From Octopus sinensis (taxonomy: Eukaryota), in NCBI RefSeq assembly GCF_006345805.1, contig NC_043001.1, positions 122,760,001-122,824,000 of the forward strand: a stretch of DNA of 64,000 nucleotides, written 5' to 3'. Every line of letters starts with the position of its first letter. Position 1 is the first letter of the stretch. The notes under the pieces were generated by a model. That model was not told the DNA's origin and made no database searches. It saw nothing but the letters and a program-made list of their open reading frames with translations. This document shows, one piece after another, positions 53,118 through 64,000 of the stretch. The translations under genes were made by a program, and so were the position numbers.

Positions 53118-53455
53118 AATTAATTTAATTTTAATTTTAATTTAATTTTTTTGGCTCAAAAAGCAAAAGCAAGGCCATGTAGGGGGACAGGGAGGGTGGT
53201 CATACAAAAACTTCAGGCCATTTCTGGTCAAGAGAGACTTTGAACCGAGCGGTCATCGGCATCTTCACTATCTCGTCCGGCAGCTTATTCCACGGATCCG
53301 CAACCAGGGCGGAGAAAGCCCCTCTCCTTCGTAGACAGAGCTTTTCGGAGTGACCCCGCAGCCCACGCTCTGGAGCAGGAGTGAAGAACACCTCTTTCGA
53401 GAGGTTACACTTTCCGCTTATGATATTGTGAGCGAGAATGAGATCACCACGGTGT
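53118..53455 (-). mobile_element. CR1-clade LINE 3' end (second subfamily)
   Basis: RGDLILAHNII..LRGHSEKL..DPWNKLPDEIV..RFKVSLD; (AAATT)n tail. Confidence 0.85.
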
Positions 53456-53779
53456 GGTCAATATACTCAATATACTCAATAGCTTCTTCGCGATCTGTTG
53501 GAGTGTTCCCTGGTAATGCACACTATGCCGTTAAAAAGAAGAAATTGTTGAAGTCAATCATTATTCATTTTGCCCCACTTTAAACATCTTTATTTATTTA
53601 TTTATTTATTATTTTTTTTTTTTTGAAAATTGAAAATGATCAAATTAGACATTAGTGTAGGAAAAAATTAACCTGGAATCCAGCATAAAATAATTCTGAT
53701 TGTTAAACAATAAAACTTGTCCCACGCGCTAACGATACTGCCAAAACAGCGCCTTGATTTAGAGTTAAATATCTCTAAT

Positions 53780-54600
53780 TTTGGCACAAGACCTGAAATT
53801 TTGGAGAAGTGGTCTATTTTATTAAATCGCTTCCACTCCAGTGCTCAACTGGTACTTATTTTATCGATCCTGTAAGGGTGAAAGGCAGATGCGACGTCGC
53901 CGGAGTTTGAACTCAGAATATGAAACCGGAAGAAACGCAATTAATCAATTTTGTCCAGCGTGCTAATGATTTTGTCAGCTTGCCGCCTTTAAAAATTTGT
54001 CAGTGGGAAGTATGATTTCAAATTTTGGCACAAGGCCAGCAGTTTCGTGGGCAGAAGTAAGTCGTTTTCATTGACCCCAGTAGTCAACCGGTACTTTATC
54101 GACCCCAAGGGACGAAAGCCAAGGTTGCGCAATTTGAACTCAGACGAAATGTCGCTAAGCATTTTGCCCGGTGCGGTAACGATTCTTTTCTACTTTAGGC
54201 ACAATTTTGAGGGAGGAGCCAGTCGATTAGATCGACCCCAGTACGCAACTGGTACTTAATTTATAGACCCCCAAAGGATGAAAGGCAAAGTCGAGCTCGG
54301 TGAAATTTGAACTCAGAACGTAAAGACAGACGAAATATGGCTAAGCATTTCGCCTGGCGTCTCAACGTTTCTGCCAACTCGCCGCCTTTTGTCTGCGGAA
54401 ATATTTTTTATAATTCCGACAGTAACTTTGAAGGGGAAGGGCATGACGATTACATCAGTACTTGATTAGTTTCTTTATTTATATCGATCCAAAATATTAA
54501 AAGGTAAAACTGACATCGGCGGGATTTGAAATCAGAACCGGAAGAAATGTCACTAAGCATTTTAGCCGATGCGCTAACGGTTCCGCCATTTCACTATCTT
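53780..54600 (-). mobile_element. Cluster of 3-4 diverged SINE-A copies
   Basis: Repeated GAAAGGCA..TTTGAA(A/C)TCAGAA modules. Confidence 0.75.
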
Positions 54601-54614
54601 AGTTTCGTATTAAA

Positions 54615-54995
54615 TCTATGATATAAAATCCGATCTGTCTCTCTGTATGTGAGTCTTCTAGGATCTCGGGCATCCTCCATCCGATTGCTCTCGAATTTGA
54701 TATGTAGATACCGACGGTATCAAGGCGTGTATAAATCTTGAAAAAATTACAAAAATCGATTCCAGGTCAGAATGCGATCGATAAAACCGTGGGAACGTAC
54801 ATTTGTACGCGCAAGTACATCAGCTGTTTCGATCGATACTATGCGTACGCGAGAAAAATGCACGTGCAGTTTGCGCAAGAAAAGCCGGCTGGCTTGAAAT
54901 AATGCCACAAAATGGGACGGTCGAATGTGGTCGAATTTGGTTTGAATGTTTGATAACTCAGCACCGTCCATTGGACGGGGTGGGCCTTTTGCTCG
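54615..54995 (+). mobile_element. Non-autonomous Helitron-like element
   Basis: A|TCTATGATATAAAA..hairpin CCGTCCATTGGACGG (54964-54978)..CTCG|T. Confidence 0.6.
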
Positions 54996-55994
54996 TAATG
55001 TATAATGGTAAAATAAAGATTTAATGTATGGACATCAAACCGCATGTTTATAGAAGAAAATGGGAATATGTGACATTTGTGTGGGAATAGAACGCATTCA
55101 CTCGATGAACACATACATTAAGCTCCTAGTGTAGAGTTTCCACATTAATTATCCACCTACATCTCATGAAAAATAATCTTATGAAACAATTGTTATGTAA
55201 TGCGTAAAAATTTCTAGAGGAATGGTGGTAATTTAAACAAAATAATCAAGAAAAACATGAAAAAGTTTTTTAAATATGTACTGCAATAGAAAAAATGAAT
55301 TTTTTCTTCGTATTTTACCTCCCCTGTGTATCACATATGATACATAATTCCCTTGTGACTATCCATCATATATGGTACACATTCCCAGTTGTTTTTCGAC
55401 CACCAGAGTAACTTGGGTCTTATGAAAGGAATGCTTTATATTACTCAGAACATATGAAAGAAGGGAAACTAAAAATCTGGAAACAAGCATAGACGTTTAG
55501 GACAAACTCACGAAAATGCTTTGGACAGGCAACGGGGTTAATGGCTTTCAAATATGTAAAGGTCTCATATCCAATGCAACATGGACGAAGTGTTTTAAGA
55601 AGTTCGTCTTGCAGTCACGTGGTCCATGTTGCGATCCAGCCACGCAGCGTCTGCAGCAAGTGTTCATATACTTTTACTTTTTATATTTTATCTTTTTATC
55701 TCTTTTATCTCTCCCCCCACCCAGCTGGAGCATCGCCTTGCTGAATTTTTAGTCGAATAAATCGGTCCCAGTACTTCTTTTGGTTGTTTTTAAAACCAGT
55801 CATTTACTCTATCGCCCATTTTTCCCGAACCTCTAACATACGGGGACGTAAACATACCAACACCGGTTGTCAAGCGGTGGTGGGGACATACACAGATACA
55901 AATAAATACACACACACACGCACACATACCTATGTATATAGCTATAGAGATATCTAAATAGACAGACAGACAGATACATACATACATGTGATAG

Positions 55995-56995
55995 CCTTCC
56001 TTGTGGGTAGTAAAGAAATAGGTATTTCGTCTGTCTTTATGTTCTGAGTTCAAATTCCGCCCAGGTCGACTTTGCCTTTCCTCCTTTCGGGGTCGATAAA
56101 TTAAATACCAGTTTCGTACAGTGGTCGATCTAATCGACTAGCCTCCTCCCGTGAAATTTCGGGCCAAGTGCCTAGATTAGAAAAGAATATATCTCTCCCT
56201 TTAAATACAAAACTTAAAAAGAAACCTGCTAATTCATGTTATATTCTTATTTCTTTATTGTCCACAAGGGGCTAAACATGGAGGGGACATCGACCCCAGT
56301 GCGTAACTTAATTTATCAACCCCGAAAGGATGAAAGGCAAAGTCGAACTCGGCGGAATTTGGACTCAGAACGTAGCGGCAGACGAAATACCGCTAAGCAT
56401 TTCGCCCGGCATGCTAACATCTCTTATTTCTTTATTGCCCACAAGGGGTGAAACATAGAGGGGAATTAAGTACCAGTGCATTACTGTTACTTAATTTATC
56501 GACCCCGAAAGGATGAAAGGCAAAGTCGACCTCGGCGGAATTTGAACTCAGAACGTAGTGGCGGACGAAATACCGCTAAGCATTTCGCCCTGCATGCTAA
56601 CGTCTCTTATTTCTTTATTGCCCACAAGGGGCGAAACATAGAGGGGAATTAAGTACCAGTGCATTACTGGTACTTAATTTATCGACCCCGAAAGGATGAA
56701 AGGCAAAGTCGACCACGGAGGAATTTGAACTCAGAACGTAGTGGCAGACGAAACACCTATTTCTATTTCTTTACTACCCACAAGGGGCTAAACACAGAGA
56801 GGACAAACAAGGACAGACAAGTATATTAAGTCGATTACATCGACCCCAGTGCGTAACTGGTACTTAATTTATCGACCCCGAAAGGATGAAAGGCAAAGTC
56901 GACCTCGGCGGAATTTGAACTCAGAACGTAGCCGCAGACGAAATACCGCTAAGCATTTCGCCCAGCATGCTAACGATTCTGCCAGTTCGCCGCCT
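55995..56995. mobile_element. SINE-A cluster: one + unit (to 56190), then four - copies
   Basis: Family similarity. Confidence 0.85.
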
Positions 56996-57048
56996 TGAGA
57001 AATCCATGTCATATTCTGTAAAACGCATGCATTATTTTAACTTTATTA

Positions 57049-57530
57049 TAGGTAGACATATTCCTTTACCTCCTCTATTTCCTTACTGCCGATCACCTTT
57101 CGACCTGTTGGTACGTTGTCTGACCACATGAACTTCGTTTTCATACGGTTCATCTTGAGATCTACTGCAGAGTTTTTGATGTCGAGCTCCGTCAGCATGG
57201 TCTGAATCTGATCAGTAGCGAGGTCATCAGAGAGAAGTCCGGCGTGAGGGATGTCATCGTAGAATATACACGCAGCAAGTTTAGATGGGCTGGAGACGTC
57301 GCCCGGCTCACCGATAATCGGTGGATCCGTGAAGTTGTCGAGTGGTAACCGCGTCAGTGGAATCGACCACTCGGAAGGCGTCCACGACGGTGGAGTTACG
57401 ATTACAGGAGGGCAATTGGGATCACGTGGATGAGAAAGGCGCGATCCAGAGATGAGTGGACAGCGTGCTGTGACCAGCGGTGTCAAATAGACGCCCGACG
57501 GACTGGTCGGTCAAGGTGATCAAGGTGTGA
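57049..57530 (+). mobile_element. RTE-clade LINE fragment with inverted 5' part
   Basis: Minus 57245-57049: SDDLATDQIQTMLTELD..LKMNRMKTKFM..EEVKEYVYL; plus 57250-57500: KFRWAGDVARLTDNRWI..W*PR..RPLGRRPRRW; tail (CAAGGTGAT)n. Confidence 0.85.
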
Positions 57531-57544
57531 TATATATATATATA

Positions 57545-57947
57545 CTCTTTTACTCTTTTACTTGTTTCAGTCATTTGACTGCGGCCATGCTGGAGCACCG
57601 CCTTTAATCGAGCAACTCGACCCCGGGACTTATTCTTTGTAAGCCCAGCACTTATTCTATCGGTCTCTTTTGCCGAACCACTAAGTGACGGGGACATAAA
57701 CACACCAGCATCGGTTGTCAAGCAATGCTAGGGGGACAAACACAGACACACAAACACACACATATATATATACACATATATACGACGGGCTTCTTTCAGT
57801 TTCTGTCTACCAAATCCACTCACAAGGCTCTGGTCGGCCCGAGGCTATAGTAGAAGACACTTGCCCAAGGTGCCATGCAGTGGGACTGAACCCAGAAGCA
57901 TGTGGTTGGTAAACAAGCTACTTACCACACAGCCACTCCTGCGCCTA
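57545..57947 (-). mobile_element. SINE-B, full length
   Basis: Family similarity. Confidence 0.9.
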
Positions 57948-58380
57948 TGTATATATATATATACAAACATAACACACACACACACACACACGTACACACA
58001 CACACGTACACACACACACACATACACACAAACACACACAAACACATATATTATATATATGACGAGTTTCACACAATTCCTATCTACCAAATTCACTCGC
58101 AAAGTATTAGTCCGCCGGAGGCTACAGAAAACAGCTTCGCAAAGTACCGCCACGCGGTGAGACTGAACCCAAACCTACGTAGTTGCAAAACATGATTGTT
58201 AACCACTCACCCATGCCATTAGTTTCGAAGTTACGATTGAAATACAGTTTGCTGGAATCGATTAGACAATTAAAACAGCGCCACAGAATTGAAAATATAT
58301 TTAAATCAATGTCCCAACACGGCGTAAAACCGGGCAAAACTGGCCTTTAGTGAACCTACTATACATACATATATATACAT

Positions 58381-58482
<102 letters not shown>

Positions 58483-58884
58483 CAAACATTCGGACTGCGT
58501 GTGTACTTGTAAAAACACCGAAACATTAATGAGATGTCTTCTTGCTCAACAACTAATGATTCCTGGTACCTTCTTTATTTTCCCACAAATCTCAAAGATT
58601 CGTAGAAGATCGTGGGCGCCACACGTTTTCCTTTGACAAAAACGATAAGAAGAGATAGTTCTAATAACCAAGACAAGATTACTGATGACTATCATATGAT
58701 AGCATTTCTAGAAGATCACGTTAGTGAGATGAATGTTTTGTACGATTGATTGATCCAACAACCGAAATAAACTGATGGCGCTTCTTTGGTTACCTCACAA
58801 AGAACACAACAGTAACAGCGTATCGCGATACTCTCTCTCTCTTTATCAAGCAGTTTCTTTTATCGTATGATTATGTTGATATAG

Positions 58885-58906
58885 GACTTGCATTATTATT
58901 ATTATT

Positions 58907-58941
<35 letters not shown>

Positions 58942-58991
58942 TATTATTATTATTATTATTATTATTGTTATTGTTATTATTATTGTTATTG

Positions 58992-59023
<32 letters not shown>

Positions 59024-59053
59024 GTTTTTATTATTTTTTTATTATTATTATTA

Positions 59054-59092
<39 letters not shown>

Positions 59093-59110
59093 GTAGTAGT
59101 AGTTGTTGTC
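58885..59110. repeat. (ATT/ATC/GTT)n trinucleotide microsatellite
   Basis: Directly visible. Confidence 0.95.
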
Positions 59111-59915
59111 ATGCCAATTATTGTTGTGATAGTGGTTGTTGCGATCGTGGGAGTGGTAACAATAGCGTAAGGTCTTTGCTAAACGAACATGTAGACATGT
59201 ATTCTTCATGTCACAGAACAGAACTATGTAATCATACTTACCATTCCGAACAGCTATTTTTCCCCAGAAACCAAAAAAAAAAAAAAAAAAAACAAGACAA
59301 AACGAGCAAAACACAATGCAAAAAAAAATAATAAAAAATTATAAATAAATAAAATAAAAAAGTATCCAAACACAAATACAAAAGAAGAAAAAAAACAGCA
59401 ACAATAAAAAATAGCAACAACTCCAAAGGGAAGCCAAACCAAAATAAACTAAACGCGAGAATCATAGAATTTCAAAGCTCAACAAAAATAACAGGAGGAG
59501 GACCAGCAGAAAAAATAATAAAAACAAGGACAACAAAACATTGTTGATACTCGAAAGAATGTTCAAAGACAAAGGCGAAATTACTTGAAACTAATGAAAA
59601 AAAAATGGAGAAAAAATACAATAGAGAATAGAGAAGCAAGGGTAATATTTATATAAGAACATATAAGAGATTGAATGCAGTCAGGGTTTAGAAATCTCCT
59701 AAAACAAGGCGTTACTTTAAATATTTTGTTATTCCTGTTTGATATCTGTTTCACTAGCTGACATTTAAGTGGGAGAATACAAACGTGAACAGTAGGAGCC
59801 GCTCGAGGAATTATCTCCCCAACATATTATTCGCTCACACACAAACACACATAACCAACAAATACCAAAGGATATATATATATATATATATACATACATA
59901 CATATATACATACAT

Positions 59916-59947
<32 letters not shown>

Positions 59948-59989
59948 TTATATATACATGTATGTATGTATGTATATTACTCTGTTGCT

Positions 59990-60178
59990 ATTTTACTTGT
60001 TTCAGTCATTTGACTGCGGCCATGCTGGAGCACCGCCTTTTAGTCGAGCAAATCGACCGCAGGACTTATTCTTTGTAAGCCTGGTGCTTATTCTATCGGT
60101 CTCTTTTGCCGAACCGCTAAGTTAGGGGGACGTAAACACACCAGCATCGGTTGTCAAGCGATGTTGGGGGACACACAA

Positions 60179-60210
<32 letters not shown>

Positions 60211-60212
60211 AC

Positions 60213-60247
<35 letters not shown>

Positions 60248-60292
60248 CATATACATATATACGACGAGCTTGTTTCAGTTTCCCTCTACCAA
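59990..60292 (-). mobile_element. SINE-B 3' module plus microsatellite
   Basis: Family similarity. Confidence 0.85.
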
Positions 60293-60442
60293 ATCAACTA
60301 TATATATATAAATGCACTTATTTATATGTACGTATATAAATATATATATACATGCATATATATACACACACACACATAGATACATACATACACGCGCACA
60401 CACACATATATGTGAGTGTGTATGTATGTGTGTACGCATACA

Positions 60443-60449
<7 letters not shown>

Positions 60450-60477
<28 letters not shown>

Positions 60478-60838
60478 GGCAGTTTGTCTGTGCGTGTTTC
60501 TGTGTGTCTGTTTTCTCGTACCCTCACCCTGACCACGGCTTTCAACTGATTCTGATGAAACTTGACACACACATAGCCCAATGTCATAATTCAAAACTAA
60601 CGCAGCGAAAATTTTGAAAAGTTCCCCCAGTTCTAAAAAAGATCGGTAAATTCGACATGGGGTCGACAATCAGAAACACAAATCACAGGGGACGCAACTC
60701 GACCTTTTTAACTATCAAAAAAAAAATTTACCATCATTTTTTTTCCCATTTTTTTGCTATTTTTTGGCTATAACTCTCTAAAAATGCTTTATAGTTATTT
60801 CCCTTACAAACCCGAGCAACGCCGGGCGATACTGCTAG
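60450..60838 (+). mobile_element. Non-autonomous Helitron, same family as 37256-37639
   Basis: Ends CCCGAGCAACGCCGGGCGATACTGCTAG|T. Confidence 0.8.
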
Positions 60839-61189
60839 TATATATATATATATATATATTCGGGAACATAAACATAACAACACCGGGTAGCCGAGCGTTG
60901 TGAGACAAGTATAAGCTCAAAGACGTACTCAGATTAGCATGCACTACGTACATACATATACACACATACATATACACACATACATATACACACATGCACT
61001 CATTATATGCACCTATATGTTTATGTGTTTATTTGTTTGAATTTAACTCTGTAGAAAGCTTTTTTCCCCTTCGATAAAATAACGTAACCTTGTAACAAGT
61101 TCTGATAAGGGATCACTTATTAAGTATTTAGATGTATGAGATCGAATATCAAATAATAGGTTATGTGGTGGGTTGACAGTTACTTTCGT

Positions 61190-61420
61190 TCGCTTCTTTT
61201 CAATAGTATTTCAATTAAGACGCCCGTCACCTACATTCGATGAGCAAACCAAGTGAATCGACCCGAATAGCGACGCGGGGCGCTTCTTCAATATGACAAT
61301 GCTCACTGCCATGTCGATAATTTAACCAAAATGCTTGGAAGTTCTGTTACACTGACAATATTTTTCTGATATTGAAACTTCAAATTAGCACCTTTTTCGT
61401 CGTTTTCCAACAGTCAAAGA
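61190..61420 (+). pseudogene. mariner transposase relic (catalytic region)
   Basis: RRGALLQYDNAHCH (cf. LLHDNARPH) and EVLLH*QYFSDIETSN*HLFR (cf. HPPYSPDLAPSDYHLFR). Confidence 0.6.
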
Positions 61421-63055
61421 AGATTTTTAAGCAACAGCAACGTGGACCTGAAAATACAGCTCAATAAATTTTTAGTAAGAAGTCAGGAACAATAAAAGAA
61501 TACTTGATGTTAAAATAGCGGTAAAAAATAAGGATCAAAATAAATGCAATGCAAAAAAGAAACGAACGAATTTATTATTATAAATTTAGAGTAGCGAATC
61601 TGTAACGTTTATCACCTAGCATCCCTTTTCATCGAAAGGTGTTTTAGAAAGGTGTATGGCAAAAAATAAAGTTACTTTAGTCAAACTCAAGTTTACTTTG
61701 GGCAGTGATTTATTTTCAAAATTATATAACAATAAAAAGTTTATAAATAGAATTTGAAGCAGAAAAATATATCTTCAATATCTCTCTAACGTTGTGAGGT
61801 AAATCCAAAATTACACACATACATGCATAGACAAGAATGCATACATACATGTATGTATGTATGTATGTATGTATGTATGTATGTATGTATGTATGTATGT
61901 ATGTATGCATGTGTGCGGGTGTGCATGATGGACGTCTGCAGAGATTCCGCTTACCAAATTCACAAATGAAGCTTTGGTTGATCGAGAGCTCTAATAGAAG
62001 ACATTTACCTCAGGTGCCGCAGATTGGCTAGGGTAAATTCCCAAAATATGGACTTAGGGACCTTTCATTGGCCGCATGATTGAATGGATGAAACGTTCGC
62101 TTTGCAACCGCGTGGTTTTGGATTTGGCGATTTGATGGAGGAATTGAGCTAAAGTACAGAACAAACATTTGATCCCTACAAGCAAATCACCTGAGCAGGA
62201 TGTTCAGCAAGAAGTTGCAGAATCCTCAACTACCGTCAAGCGCAGGAGAATCCAGGAGTGGTTGTACATTAGTCTGTATTGAGTGTCTGAAAATAGATGA
62301 GAAGGGGAATCCACCACGTTTAGACACTTCTGAAATGTACACAAATGGAGGCATTGCTGTTAATTGTTTACTTACAGATATTTGTGAAGTATATCTGTTG
62401 GAAGTGAAATCAGGAGCGTGATTTACAGTTGATTACCAACTCACGAGTTAATTCTTAATTGTAATCGTTTAAGACTGAAATCATTTGACTCACTTGACGC
62501 TATGGAGTGACCAGCATCCTAAAGCAAATGCGACACATTCCCACCTTAACACGTACACACACACATTTCTCCCTTTCTATTTTTATTTTCCTATTTCCTT
62601 TATTTGTACTAAAAGACAATACCTATGATATTCGCGGGCCCCCGAAACGGTGAAACTAATGTCGTTATGTTCCTCTTGAGCCATTGCAAATCAACGTCTT
62701 TGAAGGGCTGACGTTCTCGTTAGAAAGAAGTAGGTGTTGAGGTTAGTGCTGGGTTTTAGAGGTTCGACACGGCAAGTGGTATATGAGGGAGAGAAAGATG
62801 AGCGGGTTGGGAGGGATGGGCAGATGTTGAGTGAAACCCGCCAGTTTCGAAGAGGTGCAGAAGAAAAGACATGCTGAAGATAACACAGCTCGTGAGTGTG
62901 TGTGAGAGGAAAAATTAAGTCATAATTAGTTTCGATGTATGTATGTATGTATGTATGTATGTATGTATGTATGTATGTAGTATGTATGTATGTATGTATG
63001 TATGTATGTATGTATGTATGCATATATATATCTATCTTTATTATATATATATATA

Positions 63056-63139
<84 letters not shown>

Positions 63140-63156
63140 TATGTATATGTATGTAT

Positions 63157-63345
63157 GGGGAGAATTCACAAAAACAAAAGACGAATATAGGTGGTGTAGA
63201 CAACAAACAGATGTATTAGTATAACGGTCGAGAAGTGCAAAAGTCTTAAACGTTTCGAGCCTACGCTCTTTCACAGAAAGAAACACTGAAAGAAACAAGG
63301 AGAGAAAATAAAGAAAGTGTAGTGGCTAGTGATCTATCACACACG
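63157..63345 (-). mobile_element. Penelope-like terminal repeat (family 2) between microsatellites
   Basis: Minus CTTT-CTGTGAA-A-GAGC-GTAG-GCTC-GAAA-CGTT. Confidence 0.55.
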
Positions 63346-63365
63346 CACATATATATATATATATG

Positions 63366-63434
<69 letters not shown>

Positions 63435-63984
63435 GCCTCCGTTACGTCTCTGCTTCTGAAGTGCATAATCGCATTTTGCTTTTCTGACCTGTTTCCTGTC
63501 CACTGGAGTTATATTCATTTATTGATTGGTTGCTTTATTAGTTATTTAATATCTACCTTATGATTATGTCATTCATTTCCTGTTTATCAACATCCCTGCC
63601 AAGTTCATAAATTATTTTATTTCTGAAGTCATCAAAATGTTTCGGATACATTCGTTGCTTGTATCATTGTTCTCATTGGTCAGCTTTGGTGTTGTTTCTG
63701 TGTAATTGTTCTTAAGATCCTACTATAGTAAACTTGTTTTCCCAATATTTTTCTTCGAATGATTCATTTGTCATTTTCTTTACTCCGCATGTTTATTGCA
63801 TAATTACATCGTATTTGTCTAAGCTACGTGATCTTTGGCTAATTTTTGAAAATTTCGCTACCCATCCCTTGCATCATTTGCATCCTGTTTTACCATCTTT
63901 ATCGTTCTCTTTGCTTCAGAAATTGATATTTTTTTTATTTATTAAGTCACTAAAATAGTTAACTCATCTACACTATATACAATA

Positions 63985-64000
63985 CTAGCAAACGCACCCG
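63985..64000 (-). mobile_element. Possible Helitron 3' end cut by the window edge
   Basis: A|CTAGCAAACGCACCCG resembles the ends at 35711 and 37256. Confidence 0.35.

Noticed and set aside
61208-61255. Strong acceptor and short exon VFQLRRPSPTFDEQT
   Set aside because: Lies within the mariner transposase relic.

Overview
AT-rich, gene-poor eukaryotic DNA, probably intronic or intergenic. The SINE families and very dense (TA)n/(CA)n/(GATA)n/(ATC)n microsatellites suggest an octopus (coleoid cephalopod); this is an inference from recalled repeat families, not a database hit. No intact protein-coding gene, true tRNA/rRNA gene or CRISPR array can be supported. Nearly all long ORFs in the track are microsatellite or SINE read-throughs. 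Four tRNA-derived SINE groups dominate, nicknamed here: SINE-A (head AAGGCGGCGAGCTGGCAGAA, tail ...GTAAAGAAATA), SINE-B (head GGCGTAGGAGTGGCTGTGTGGTAAG, internal microsatellite, tail (GTAAAAGA)n), SINE-C (head GGAGGCGCAATGGCCCAGTGG) and SINE-D (head GAAGGCGCGTGGCTCAGTGG). Also present: CR1 and RTE LINE 3' fragments, Penelope-like (PLE) terminal repeats with minimal hammerhead motifs, mariner and maT/Tc1 transposase relics, non-autonomous Helitrons and two fold-back MITEs. Most interesting: (1) a tRNA-headed element whose body is a hammerhead-bearing PLE terminal repeat, preceded by an inverted copy of that repeat (33461-33944), a candidate Penelope-mobilised SINE; (2) SINE-A concatemers explained by insertion bias for GGTA sites, including a site inside SINE-A itself; (3) a spacer-less ~185-bp palindrome and a 51-bp hairpin inside a (TA)n cluster; (4) an RTE copy with twin-priming geometry; (5) a Merlin-like MITE with telomere-like repeats in its spacer. 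A few candidate exons are flagged at low confidence.
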